Shown here in pieces: positions 11,815-22,002 of a stretch of DNA of 48,649 nt (position 1 is the first letter of the stretch; every line of letters starts with the position of its first letter). The notes under the pieces were generated by a model that was given only the letters and a program-made list of their open reading frames with translations, made no database searches and was not told the origin of the DNA. The stretch comes from Pseudomonadota bacterium (GTDB lineage Bacteria; Pseudomonadota; Gammaproteobacteria; Xanthomonadales; Xanthomonadaceae): NCBI GenBank assembly GCA_023444765.1, contig JAEXLY010000159.1:1-48649 (forward strand). The letters are read 5' to 3'. Both the position numbers and the translations under genes were made by a program.

Positions 11815-13320
11815 TCAGGCCTCTGCGATGGGAAGTCGGGCGGGAGTGCCGGGCGACGGCAGACGCACGCGCAGCGTGCACAGGCCGGCGATGAACATGC
11901 ACGCGCCGCCCAGCATCAGCACGCGCATCGGATCTCCGTCGAACAGCCGCGACAGCAGCACGCCCAGGGTGCTGACCGCCACCAGCTGCGGGATCACGAT
12001 GAAGAAATTGAAGATGCCCATGTACACGCCCATCTTCGCCGCCGGCACGCTGTCGGACAGCATCGCGTAGGGCAGCGACAGGATCGAGGCCCAGGCGAAC
12101 CCAACGCCGACCATCGACAGCAACAGCCACTGCGGATCGCGCACCAGCGCGACCGACAGCAGGCCCAGCCCCCCCAGCCACAGGTTGAGCAGATGGCTGC
12201 CGCGCAGGCCGATGCGCCGGGCCAGCCACGGAATGGCGATGGCGGCCAGGGCGGCGAAACCGTTGTAGGCGGCGAACAGCACGCCGACCCAGTTGGCGCC
12301 CTCGTTCCATGCCGCCGACGCGGTATCGGTGGTCGCGTAGTGATGTCGCGTCACCGCCGCGGTGGTGTAGATCCACATGCAGAACAGGCCGAACCACGAG
12401 AAGAACTGCACGACGGCCAGCTGGCGCATCGTCGCCGGCATCGCGTGCAGGTCCGCGGCCAGCGCGGGCAGCAACGCACCCTCGCGCAGGCGCGGCGCGA
12501 GCAGGCGCAGCAGCCCGTAGGCCAGCGGCAATGACGCCAGCACGTAAAGCAGGCGATCCCAGCCGAGTTGCCACACCACCGCGATGCCCGCCAGGCCCAC
12601 GACCAGCCACGGCATCCCGCCGCCCGCCGGGGGTACCGCGCCGACCTGCGCCGGGCCGCTTCCCGAAGGTTCGGCGTCATCGAACGACTGCAGCACCTCC
12701 GGCGGGTATTCGCGGGTGCGCACGATCGTCCACAGGATCGCCAGCAGCAGCACGGTGCCGCCGGCGTAGAAGGCGTAGCGGACCGTGTCGGGCACCTGCC
12801 CTGGCGCTGCAGTGTTGGCCACGCCCCACCTGGCCAGCAGCCAGGGAAGCAGGCTCGCCACCACCGATCCCACGCCGATGAAGAACCCCTGCATGGCGTA
12901 GCCGGTGGGGCGCTGCCTCGGCGAGAGCTGGTCGCCGACGAACGCGCGGAACGGCTCCATCGACACGTTGAGGGAAGCGTCCAGGATCCACAGCATGCCG
13001 GCCGCGATCCACAGCTGCGGAGAGTTGGGCATCACGAACAGGGCCAGCGTCGAGAAGATCGCGCCCCAGAGGAAGTAGGGCCGGCGACGCCCGAGGCGCG
13101 TCCACGTGCGATCGGAGAAGTAGCCGATCACCGGCTGCACCAGGAGCCCGGTCAGCGGCGCGGCGATCCACAGGCCGGGCACCTGCTCCATGTCGGCCCC
13201 GAGCGTCTGGAAGATGCGGCTCACGTTCGCGTTCTGCAACGCGAAGCCGAACTGGATCCCGAGGAACCCGAAACACATGTTCCATATCTGCCAGAACGAC
13301 AGCTGCGGTTTGCTCGCCAT
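11815..13320 (-). CDS. MFS maltose/maltodextrin transporter (MalT/SUC-like)
   Basis: LSFWQIWNMCFGFLGIQFGF, SDRTWTRLGRRRPYF, MGIFNFFIVIPQ; many TM segments. Confidence 0.92.
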   Translation of the reverse strand: MASKPQLSFWQIWNMCFGFLGIQFGFALQNANVSRIFQTLGADMEQVPGLWIAAPLTGLLVQPVIGYFSDRTWTRLGRRRPYFLWGAIFSTLALFVMPNSPQLWIAAGMLWILDASLNVSMEPFRAFVGDQLSPRQRPTGYAMQGFFIGVGSVVASLLPWLLARWGVANTAAPGQVPDTVRYAFYAGGTVLLLAILWTIVRTREYPPEVLQSFDDAEPSGSGPAQVGAVPPAGGGMPWLVVGLAGIAVVWQLGWDRLLYVLASLPLAYGLLRLLAPRLREGALLPALAADLHAMPATMRQLAVVQFFSWFGLFCMWIYTTAAVTRHHYATTDTASAAWNEGANWVGVLFAAYNGFAALAAIAIPWLARRIGLRGSHLLNLWLGGLGLLSVALVRDPQWLLLSMVGVGFAWASILSLPYAMLSDSVPAAKMGVYMGIFNFFIVIPQLVAVSTLGVLLSRLFDGDPMRVLMLGGACMFIAGLCTLRVRLPSPGTPARLPIAEA

Positions 13321-13493
13321 GCATGCTTCCCCAACGATGCCGCGCGCATTGTCACCGTTTTGCGCGCCGATGCACCCGCCGCGACGCAACAGGCGCGACC
13401 ACCGCGGGAGCCGGCCCGACGCACGCAGTACCCCTTGTTTTCAGCGGTTTCACGCCAGTCGCGAGCTTCGATCCGGCGACCGGGCGCCGCGCG

Positions 13494-13511
13494 CATGCAT
13501 ACGTATTCATG
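13494..13511. promoter_or_regulatory. Putative LacI-family operator between MFS transporter and alpha-glucosidase
   Basis: Palindrome CATGCATACGTATTCATG; second copy at 15271. Confidence 0.75.
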
Positions 13512-13592
13512 CCGCTGCCTGCCCCGCCGCGGGCCTGGCGGCGCCGTCGATGTGGAATAGTGCCGCCGTCCAGAAACCGGTCGGAGTCGCGC

Positions 13593-15245
13593 GTGGCAGG
13601 GGATGCATCGGCAAGGGAGTGGTGGCGCGGCGCGGTGATCTACCAGGTCTATCCACGCAGCTACAAGGATACCGACGGCGACGGCGTGGGCGATCTGCCC
13701 GGCATCGTCGACCGGCTCGACTACATCGCCTCCCTCGGCGTGGACGCGATCTGGATCTCGCCGTTCTTCAAGTCGCCGATGGCCGACTTCGGCTACGACA
13801 TCGCGGACTATCGGGACGTCGACCCGCTGTTCGGCACGCTCGCCGACTTCGACCGCCTGCTCGCCAGGGCTCACGAGCTCGGCATCCGCGTGATGATCGA
13901 CCAGGTGCTCAGCCACACCTCGGACCAGCACGCCTGGTTCCGCGAGAGCCGGATGAGTCGCGACAACCCCAAGGCGGACTGGTACGTGTGGGCCGATCCG
14001 AGCGAGGACGGAACGCCGCCGAACAACTGGATGTCGCTGTTCGGCGGTGTCGCCTGGCGCTGGGAGCCGCGCCGCGAGCAGTATTACCTTCACAACTTCC
14101 TGGCCGCCCAGCCGGACCTGAACTTCCACAACCCGGACGTGCAGGCCGCGACCCTGGACAACGTCGAGTTCTGGCTCGACCGCGGCGTGGATGGCCTGCG
14201 CCTGGACGCGATCAACTTCTGCTTCCACGACCGCCAGCTGCGCGACAACCCGCCCAAGCCCGCGCACCTGCGCAGCGGTCGCGGCTTCAGCACCGACAAT
14301 CCCTACGCCTACCAGTACCACTGGTACAACAACACGCAGCCGGAGAACCTGCCGTTCCTTGAGTCGCTGCGGGCCTTGCTCGACCGCTATCCCGGCGCCA
14401 CCACGCTGGGCGAGATCTCGTCCGAGGACTCGCTCGCCACAACGGCCGAGTACGTGAACCCGCGACGGCTGCACATGGGCTACAGCTTCGAACTGCTGAC
14501 CAGCGATTTCAGCGCCGCATACATCCGCGGCACGGTCGAGCGCCTGGAAGCGGCGATGATCGATGGCTGGCCATGCTGGGCCATCTCCAACCACGACGTG
14601 CAGCGCGCGGTGACCCGCTGGGGCGGCGCTCGCCCGGGCCCCGCCTTGGCGAAGATGCTCGTCGCCCTGGTGTGCTCGCTGCGCGGTTCGGTGTGCCTGT
14701 ACCAGGGCGAAGAGCTCGGGCTGCCGGAAGCCGACGTTCCGTTCGAGGCGCTGCAGGACCCCTACGGCGTCACCTTCTGGCCGAACTTCAAGGGTCGCGA
14801 CGGCTGCCGCACGCCGATGCCGTGGACGTCCGACCCGTTGGCCGGCTTCACGATGGGAACGCCCTGGCTTCCGGTTCCCGCGGACCATCTGGCGCTCAAC
14901 GTCGAGGCCCAGGACACGGACCCCGGCTCGGTGCTCAACGCGACCCGCGCGTTCCTCGCGTGGCGTCGCGAACAGCCGGCGCTGGTAAGCGGCTCGATCC
15001 GATTCCTCGACACGTCCGAACCGGTACTGGCGTTCGTGCGCGAGTGCGAGACGCAGCGCGTCCTCGCGGTGTTCAACCTGTCCGGCACGCCAGTGACGTT
15101 CGCGTTGCCGGCTGGTTTCTCCGCGGCGCAGGCGCTCGTCGTCGAAGGTCTGCCACCGTGTGCGGCGCGAACGGAGAGCGTCGATCTGCCGCCCCACGGC
15201 GCGTGGTACGGCGCATTGCCAATGGGTGCCCAGCACCTCGGATAG
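13593..15245 (+). CDS. GH13 alpha-glucosidase
   Basis: WWRGAVIYQVYPRS, DGDGVGDL, GLRLDAIN, SNHD, YQGEELG, GRDGCRTPMPW; GTG start after GGAG (start inferred). Confidence 0.93.
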   Translation: MAGDASAREWWRGAVIYQVYPRSYKDTDGDGVGDLPGIVDRLDYIASLGVDAIWISPFFKSPMADFGYDIADYRDVDPLFGTLADFDRLLARAHELGIRVMIDQVLSHTSDQHAWFRESRMSRDNPKADWYVWADPSEDGTPPNNWMSLFGGVAWRWEPRREQYYLHNFLAAQPDLNFHNPDVQAATLDNVEFWLDRGVDGLRLDAINFCFHDRQLRDNPPKPAHLRSGRGFSTDNPYAYQYHWYNNTQPENLPFLESLRALLDRYPGATTLGEISSEDSLATTAEYVNPRRLHMGYSFELLTSDFSAAYIRGTVERLEAAMIDGWPCWAISNHDVQRAVTRWGGARPGPALAKMLVALVCSLRGSVCLYQGEELGLPEADVPFEALQDPYGVTFWPNFKGRDGCRTPMPWTSDPLAGFTMGTPWLPVPADHLALNVEAQDTDPGSVLNATRAFLAWRREQPALVSGSIRFLDTSEPVLAFVRECETQRVLAVFNLSGTPVTFALPAGFSAAQALVVEGLPPCAARTESVDLPPHGAWYGALPMGAQHLG

Positions 15246-15270
15246 ACCCCGCGGGAAGCCCGTTTTCCCG

Positions 15271-15288
15271 CATGAATACGTATGCAGG
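15271..15288. promoter_or_regulatory. Putative LacI-family operator upstream of TonB-dependent receptor
   Basis: CATGAATACGTATGCAGG; its first 16 bp equal the reverse complement of the 13494 site. Confidence 0.75.
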
Positions 15289-15399
15289 ACGGCCCGGCTG
15301 CTGCACGCCGCGCCTACCATTCGTCCAGGCAACTGGCACCACCGTCGGCACTTTCGCCGGCGTCTTATCGCAGAAGCAGCATTCCTTCGGGAGGGGACA

Positions 15400-18156
15400 A
15401 TGTTGAAACCGGAACGCACCCTGTTGAGCGTCGCACTGGCATCGGCCATCGCGCTGGCAGCCACCGATGCGCACGCGCAGGCGGCCGCAACGCAGGCGCC
15501 CCAGGACGCCAGCGAGATGATGGAACTGGACACCGTCGTGGTGACCGGCATCCGCCGCGGCATCGAGGACGCCATCTCGACCAAGCGCGAGGCGACCTCG
15601 ATCGTCGAGGCGATCTCCGCCGAGGACATCGGCAAGCTGCCCGACGTCGGCATCGGCGAGTCGATCTCGCGCCTGCCCGGCGTTTCCGCGCAGCGTGTCG
15701 CCGGCCGCGCGCAGGTGATCAGCGTCCGCGGCCTGTCTCCGGACTTCTCGACCACGCTGCTCAACGGCCGCGAGATGGTGAGCACAGGCGACAACCGCAG
15801 CGTCGAGTTCGACCAGTACCCGTCCGAGCTCGTCAGCGGCGTGACCATCTACAAGACGCCCGACGCGGGACTCATCGGCCAGGGCCTGTCCGGCACCCTG
15901 GACATGCAGACGGCGCGCCCGCTGAACTTCTCCGACACCGTGGTGGCCGTCAGCGCGCGCTACCAGGAAACCTCGCTCGGTTCCGCGGCGAACGTGGGTG
16001 ACGACGGCGGCCGTTTCAACGTGAGCTACATCGACCAGTTCGCCGACGGCACCCTCGGCCTGGCCATCGGCTGGTCGCATTCGGACACGCCCATCCACGA
16101 GAACCAGGTGGGCCTGTACGAGCCATGGCAGGCGATCGGCGACGACTGGCGACCGGGCGTTCCTGCCGGGACCTACTACTCCGACGGCATCAAGGCGCTG
16201 CGCCGCACCGGCAAGCTCAAGCGCGACGGCGTGATGGCGACGCTGCAGTACCGTCCGTCCAACGCCTGGACCAGCACGCTGGACCTGTTCTACTCCAAGG
16301 CCGAGCAGGTGGACACGGCCAACCAGTTCGAAGTCCACATCGGCGACTACAACGGCGGCTTCGACCGCCTCGGCGTGACCAACCCGCGCATCAACGGCAA
16401 CGGCACCTTCACCGGTGGCACGGCCAACAACGTCTACCCGCTGGTGCGCGGCATGTACAACGACCGGGAGGACAAGATCGAAGCCGCAGGCTGGAACAAC
16501 GATTTCGGCATCGGCAACGCGCGGGTGGTCGCCGACATCGCCTGGTCGCGCACCACGCGAGACGAGCTCAGCCTGGAGAACAACACCCAGCTGATGCCGC
16601 AACCGCAGCTCGACAGCGTGGATCTCGATTTTCGCCTGGACGGCTTCTCGCAGCTCGTGCCGGGCCGCGACTACTCCGATCCCGAGGCCCTGTTCCTCAC
16701 CGGCACCATCTACGGCTCCGGCTATGGCAAGACCCCGCGCGTGGAGGACGAGCTGACCACGTTCAAGCTCGCCGCGTCGCTGCCGATGGACGGCTTCCTG
16801 TCCGACCTCGATCTGGGCCTGAACTACACCGACCGCTCCAAGAACAAGCGCCAGCCCGAAGGCAACATCAACCTCGGCGCGCAGGGCGACACCACCATCG
16901 CCGGCGACCTGCAGTACGGACTGGTCGACCTCGGCTTCGCCGGCGTGGGCTACATCCCGTCGTGGAATGTACCCGGCGCCGTCGCCCGCTACATGACCTT
17001 CAACCCGGTCGAGGATCTGGACTACCTGATCCCGAAGGCGTGGACGGTCGACGAGCAGATCACGACCGCATTCGCCAAGGCCAACATCGACACCGCGTGG
17101 GGCAACGTCGGCGTTCGCGGCAACTTCGGCGTCCAGGTCCAGCATGCCGACCAGTCGTCGAGCGCCAACTACTGGGACGGCTCCCAGCCGGAAGGCAGCC
17201 AGGTGATCCCGATCACCAAGGGCAAGACCTACACCGACATCCTGCCCAGCCTCAACCTGGCGTTCCTGTTCGAGAACGACAGCACCCTGCGTGTCGCGCT
17301 GGCCCGCCAGGTGGCGCGTCCGCGCGTCGACCAGATGCGCGCGTCGATGGAGTTCGGCGTCGATACCTCCACCGGCATCCCCGGCGCGAGCGGCGGCAAC
17401 CCCGAGCTGGATCCGTGGCGCGCGAACGCGTTCGACATCTCCTACGAAAAGTACTTCGGTACCCGCGCCTACGTCGCCGCGGCCTACTTCTACAAGGACC
17501 TGCGCAGCTACATCTACACGCAGACGCGCGATGGCTACGACTTCACCGACCAGGTGGCGTCGTGGCTGGAAGCCAACGGCGACACGCTGCCGCCGGGCAT
17601 CGTGGTCCAGAACACCGGTCGCTATTCGGCGCCCTTCAACGGCGCCGGCGGCAAGCTGCAGGGCCTGGAACTGTCGGCATCGCTGCCGCTCGACCTGGTG
17701 TTCGGCGACGCGATGCGCGGCTTCGGCGTGGTCGCCAGCGCCAGCTTCAACGACAGCGACATCACCGTCCTGGCGCCGGAGAACCAGAGCAGCGTCGGCA
17801 GCGACCCGATCACCCTGCCGGGCCTGTCCGATCGGGTCTACAACCTCACCGCCTACTTCGAACGCAACGGCTTCGAAGCGCGCGTGAGCCAGCGCCGGCG
17901 ATCGGACTTCATCGGCGAGATCGGCAACTTCTCGGGCGAGCGCACCCTTCGCTACGTGGTGGGCGAGAACATCACCGACGCCCAGCTGAGCTACAGCTTC
18001 GGTGGCGACAGCGCACTGGCCGGCATGACCCTGCTGTTGCAGGCAAGCAACCTGACCGACGAGTCCTACCGGACGTACGCGGGCAGCAAGGACCGCCCCC
18101 TCGAGCGGATCGAATGGGGCCGGACCTACCTCCTCGGCGTGAACTACCGGTTCTGA
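15400..18156 (+). CDS. TonB-dependent receptor (maltodextrin uptake)
   Basis: Signal peptide, TonB box DTVVVTG, plug AEDIGKLPD...RLPGV, C-terminal GVNYRF; GAGGGG RBS. Confidence 0.95.
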   Translation: MLKPERTLLSVALASAIALAATDAHAQAAATQAPQDASEMMELDTVVVTGIRRGIEDAISTKREATSIVEAISAEDIGKLPDVGIGESISRLPGVSAQRVAGRAQVISVRGLSPDFSTTLLNGREMVSTGDNRSVEFDQYPSELVSGVTIYKTPDAGLIGQGLSGTLDMQTARPLNFSDTVVAVSARYQETSLGSAANVGDDGGRFNVSYIDQFADGTLGLAIGWSHSDTPIHENQVGLYEPWQAIGDDWRPGVPAGTYYSDGIKALRRTGKLKRDGVMATLQYRPSNAWTSTLDLFYSKAEQVDTANQFEVHIGDYNGGFDRLGVTNPRINGNGTFTGGTANNVYPLVRGMYNDREDKIEAAGWNNDFGIGNARVVADIAWSRTTRDELSLENNTQLMPQPQLDSVDLDFRLDGFSQLVPGRDYSDPEALFLTGTIYGSGYGKTPRVEDELTTFKLAASLPMDGFLSDLDLGLNYTDRSKNKRQPEGNINLGAQGDTTIAGDLQYGLVDLGFAGVGYIPSWNVPGAVARYMTFNPVEDLDYLIPKAWTVDEQITTAFAKANIDTAWGNVGVRGNFGVQVQHADQSSSANYWDGSQPEGSQVIPITKGKTYTDILPSLNLAFLFENDSTLRVALARQVARPRVDQMRASMEFGVDTSTGIPGASGGNPELDPWRANAFDISYEKYFGTRAYVAAAYFYKDLRSYIYTQTRDGYDFTDQVASWLEANGDTLPPGIVVQNTGRYSAPFNGAGGKLQGLELSASLPLDLVFGDAMRGFGVVASASFNDSDITVLAPENQSSVGSDPITLPGLSDRVYNLTAYFERNGFEARVSQRRRSDFIGEIGNFSGERTLRYVVGENITDAQLSYSFGGDSALAGMTLLLQASNLTDESYRTYAGSKDRPLERIEWGRTYLLGVNYRF

Positions 18157-18182
18157 TTCCCTCCCACCGGGCACGCCAGCCG

Positions 18183-18216
18183 CCCCCGCCGGATTCCTCC
18201 TCCGGCGGGGGTTTTT
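18183..18216 (+). terminator. Terminator after TonB-dependent receptor
   Basis: CCCCCGCCGGA-loop-TCCGGCGGGGG followed by TTTTT. Confidence 0.85.
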
Positions 18217-19123
18217 CATGTCCGCTGCACGACCGCGACCGGGCGCCTGCAGGATCCGCTGCACTCGTGCGACGGTGGTAGAAGGCCCTGTCCGGCCCGC
18301 CGCCAAAGCGCTCGGTCCGGCTTCACCCACGTGCAGGCCCAGCCAAAGTGTCTTCCGATGGCGGCCAGGGACGGGCACACCCGCCAGCGCCTCCGGGCTG
18401 TCCCTGCGCGCCGGAGCGTGCACAAGCAGCGGCCCGACCGCGACGGCGCACTACGGAGGCCGACGTGAAGTCGTCCCACGCGGCGTGAGTACGCCGCATT
18501 CGATCGGGGCGTACCGCCTTTCGGTCTGGACGTTGCGTCTTCGACTGCGCGCGGATCATGTATTCGCCCGGTCAAGCCCCCGTACCGAGCGGATGCCCAC
18601 CGATCCGGGGGCCCTGGTTCTTCCCTCGCCGTTCCGCGACGAAGCCCCTTCGCTCGCCAGCGGCGTATCGACAACCACGCGACAATCCGTGGCAGAGCCC
18701 TTGACGACGATGCGTCAGGCCGCGTCGCGGAAGCACGCGGCTGAGGATGGACCTTCGGCACCAGCACACCGTCGTCGGGCGGGCGCACGGACTGCGTGAA
18801 GCTGCGTTCCCGACCTCGTGCCTCCGACTGGCGCCGGTCATGCCGGCGATCCGGTGGCCCTGATCGGCCTGGAAGGCTTCATCTACGACCAGGACGGCGT
18901 GGTTCGCGCCAAGGCGCACGTGCCGCAGGATGAGGACCATGCGGACGGTGCCGCCCCGCTGGCCGAGATCCGGACGAGGAGGCCGTCATCGACGGCGGGC
19001 GCCAGGCAAGCATCGCGGGCGCCGTGGCACATCGCGCGAGTCATCCGCGGCGAAAGCCATGATGGCCCCCGCCAGCCCCCCCCCCGCCCCGCCACCCGGG
19101 GACGGAGCCGGGGAGGCCAGGCA

Positions 19124-19151
19124 CAAAAAAACCCGCCGGCTGGCGGGTCTT
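19124..19151 (-). terminator. Terminator downstream of the tRNA-Val 3' fragment
   Basis: Minus strand ACCCGCC-AGCC-GGCGGG followed by a T run. Confidence 0.75.
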
Positions 19152-19185
19152 CCTGTCCGGAAACACAGCTTTAAGCTGTTGATTC

Positions 19186-19233
19186 TGGTGGGCGGTACAG
19201 GGTTCGAACCTGTGACCCCTACCATGTCAAGGT
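19186..19233 (-). other. att site: displaced 3' 48 bp of tRNA-Val(GAC)
   Basis: Reverse complement ACCTTGACATGGTAGGGGTCACAGGTTCGAACCCTGTACCGCCCACCA; D arm and 5' acceptor strand absent; integrase starts 71 bp away. Confidence 0.9.
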
Positions 19234-19282
19234 CAAATTCAACGCCATCAGATCAACATCTTAGTGTAGCCTGTTCGCATTA

Positions 19283-19300
19283 GGGGACAATTTGGGGACA
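19283..19300. repeat. GGGGACA direct repeat, candidate integrase arm-type sites
   Basis: GGGGACA-ATTT-GGGGACA between att core and integrase start. Confidence 0.45.
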
Positions 19301-19304
19301 GTAG

Positions 19305-20396
19305 ATGGCCACAATCGTACAGAGAGCGTCCGGACGCTGGCAGGCGAAGATTCGACGGGCAGGAGGCAAGGCCGCCTCGCGCACCTTCCCCACCAAGTCG
19401 GCCGCCGAGCAGTGGGCACGTAGAGAGGAAAGTCAGATCGACAGGGGCGAGTGGCGCGACCAGACGCTTGCCCACCGAACGTTTGTGTCCGAACTGCTGC
19501 AAGAGTACGAGTCAGAAGTCGCCGCTAAGAAGCGGTCGGCTCCCGTCACGAGGTTCCACCTAGCCCGCTTTCGTGAGGATCTGGGGCATCTGCGCCTCGA
19601 GCAGCTGACCCCTACAGTTATTAGCCGGTGGCGGGACGAGCGGCTCAAGTACGTCCAGCCGGCGACGGTGGGCAGAGAACTTGCGACTCTGGGTGGCGCT
19701 TTGAATTGGGCCCGCAAAGAGAAGATGATCCCGATCCCGGAGAACCCCGTAGGTGGCATTCGACGGCCTGCGCCAGGGCGAGCTAGAGAGCGCCGCTTGC
19801 TGCCGGGAGAACGTGAAGCACTGCTTGCTGTCCTCACTAGTGCGCAGGAGCAGCGACAAGGGCCCATCCGAAGTGGGCGATACCAAACCGGCACGAGAAA
19901 TCCTTGGCTGCTCCCTCTGGTCGATCTGGCCGTGGAGACCGCCATGCGTCAAGGCGAGCTGCTGTCCCTCCGCTGGTCAGACGTGGACCTAAAATCTCAA
20001 GTGGCACGGCTGGAGACTACTAAGAATGGTGACTCGCGCTTGGTGCCTCTCTCCTCACGCGCAGTAGGGATCTTGGCCAAGCTTCCGAGAGAGTCCACGG
20101 CGGATACGAAGGTCTTTCCCTGTTCGTCTGAGGCGGTGAAGCTCGCATGGCGTCGCGCCGTAACAAGAGCCCGTGAACAGTACGTTCGTCAGTGCAAGGA
20201 CTCCCGCGTTGCCATCGACCCCGCCTTCCTAACGGATCTGCGCTTTCATGATTTACGCCACGAGGCGGCTAGCAGACTCGCAGAGAAGCTGCCGAACCTG
20301 ATCGAACTCGCTGCGGTGACGGGCCACAGAGACCTGCGCATGCTCAAGCGCTACTACCACCCACGCGCAACAGACCTTGCCAAGAAGCTGGGCTAG
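19305..20396 (+). CDS. Tyrosine integrase (island integrase)
   Basis: N-terminal MATIVQRASGRWQAKIRR; catalytic TAMRQGEL, TKNG, FHDLRH, TGHRD, KRYYH. Confidence 0.95.
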   Translation: MATIVQRASGRWQAKIRRAGGKAASRTFPTKSAAEQWARREESQIDRGEWRDQTLAHRTFVSELLQEYESEVAAKKRSAPVTRFHLARFREDLGHLRLEQLTPTVISRWRDERLKYVQPATVGRELATLGGALNWARKEKMIPIPENPVGGIRRPAPGRARERRLLPGEREALLAVLTSAQEQRQGPIRSGRYQTGTRNPWLLPLVDLAVETAMRQGELLSLRWSDVDLKSQVARLETTKNGDSRLVPLSSRAVGILAKLPRESTADTKVFPCSSEAVKLAWRRAVTRAREQYVRQCKDSRVAIDPAFLTDLRFHDLRHEAASRLAEKLPNLIELAAVTGHRDLRMLKRYYHPRATDLAKKLG

Positions 20397-20439
20397 TACG
20401 CGGGTCGCACCGTTCGCTTCGATCTAGTGATCTGAGTTT

Positions 20440-20506
20440 GTAGATCCCGTAGATCCCGTAGATCCCGAAGATCCCGAAGATCCCGAAGATCCCGAAGATC
20501 CCGTAG
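20440..20506 (+). repeat. 9-bp tandem repeat: (GTAGATCCC)3(GAAGATCCC)4 plus partial unit
   Basis: Read directly; each unit contains GATC. Confidence 0.95.
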
Positions 20507-20974
20507 GTCATTTGGGGAAGTCCGGAGAATCCGCAGCGCTATTTCAGCTAGACAGACGCCGCAATGCCGTCCGGACTCATCACCAGTTTTGATCCGTTCA
20601 ACTTCAGGTCGACTGCTCCACGCCTAGCCGCCCAGTGAGATTCAGTACCGCGTCTGGCCGTCGTGCCACATACGGCGACGCAGGCATGGGGCCGCTTGAC
20701 ACAAGGTTGCCGTCCGCAATGGCGCGCTCTGCACCGAGTGGGAAGTCGAATAGGTGACCTTGCTGCTCTACGCTGGCTTTGAGGGAGGGCTCGGCCCCGA
20801 CTGGCTGAGGATCATGAGTCGGTCCGAGACAGCAGATCGATTTCATGCCCAACCAGTCGCTCCGACCGTTCCACACACCAGGAACCTTTCGATTGCTGCA
20901 ACATCGAGAGTGACGACCAACCCGCAATCATCCAGGAACTCGCGGATGTCCCGTGAGATTTCCTGAGCCACAAC

Positions 20975-21367
20975 ATGCTGTCCATCAAAGACCGATGCAC
21001 TCTCGTCAACACCATCGACACCCTGTCCCAGCTCGACCAGAATGGGAATTCCGTTGTCGCCCTTCTCCACCAGCTTCGTGGTGAGCGCTCCAACGTCTTC
21101 TGGCGCATCCTGTATGCCGAACGCCTTTGTCCGGAAGGACCCGACACCCAGACCAATAGCGCTGAGTTCCTTCGTGCTCAGGCCCTCGTTGAGCTAACGG
21201 TGTCCGGACGACGTCGGACAAACGTCGGCGAATCGATGGCAAGTGAAAGCAGCACATTGCTGCTATCCGCCGTCACCAACGCGCTGGTTCCCATGCTCAT
21301 AACGGAAATAGCAGCGATCAAGGAAGCCGAGGATATGCGGCTCGCAAATCGCGATCTATACGTCTGA
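20975..21367 (+). CDS. Hypothetical protein, 130 aa
   Basis: Protein-like composition; followed immediately by a strong terminator; no family recognised. Confidence 0.55.
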   Translation: MLSIKDRCTLVNTIDTLSQLDQNGNSVVALLHQLRGERSNVFWRILYAERLCPEGPDTQTNSAEFLRAQALVELTVSGRRRTNVGESMASESSTLLLSAVTNALVPMLITEIAAIKEAEDMRLANRDLYV

Positions 21368-21372
21368 CCTCC

Positions 21373-21402
21373 GCTCCCCGCTTCGGCGGGGAGCTTCTTT
21401 TT
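21373..21402 (+). terminator. Rho-independent terminator
   Basis: GCTCCCCGC-TTCG-GCGGGGAGC followed by TTCTTTTT. Confidence 0.85.
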
Positions 21403-22002
21403 GCTCGGGAAGCCCCTCTTCCAAAGAGCAGACGTTGAGGGCAACCCGACGCCCCCCACTTTCAGTAGCGGTCTGATCTGGAGTTCGGGTCCACTGCAGG
21501 CGACTTGGCCATCTGCTTAGACTAGGCGGCCGGCGCTTGCGGCACAGCCCCTTGACCAGAAGCCTTGAATCCTGGGACCGTTCCGAAAAGGGCGTTGCAG
21601 CACACCGAGGGTGACGCAGCGGAAGCGCAACCGCCTCAAGGCCGAAATAGAAACAGCCTAGGGCGAGGAGAGGGAGTGCCTCGCGCTTGTGAATGGACGC
21701 GCGATGGAGCGTGTCGCGTTGAAGCAATCGCGCCCTTCCGTCACTCATGGCCAACTCCATTCCTGACCGCCCCGTCGTGCTCTAAGTATCCAGGCGAGCA
21801 CCGGTCGAAATCGTTCGTGGCCACGGGCGAATAAGCGTCGCCCTCCCGTGCGGCACCGGTGGAAGCCCGTGTCCGCCTGTCCACAAGACGTCCGGAAGAG
21901 GCTCGGAGCTACGACAGGCGCCAACATGACCCGAGAGGCTCCTCGACTTACCATGAGCGGGCGCACGCGGGCCTGCAGGATTCCGGAGATGGAGAGGCGA
22001 GA

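Noticed and set aside
19186..19260. Intact tRNA-Val gene
   Set aside because: The 5' half (acceptor 5' strand and D arm) is missing; only 48 bp match.
20440..20506. CRISPR array
   Set aside because: Contiguous 9-bp units with no spacers, and no cas genes.
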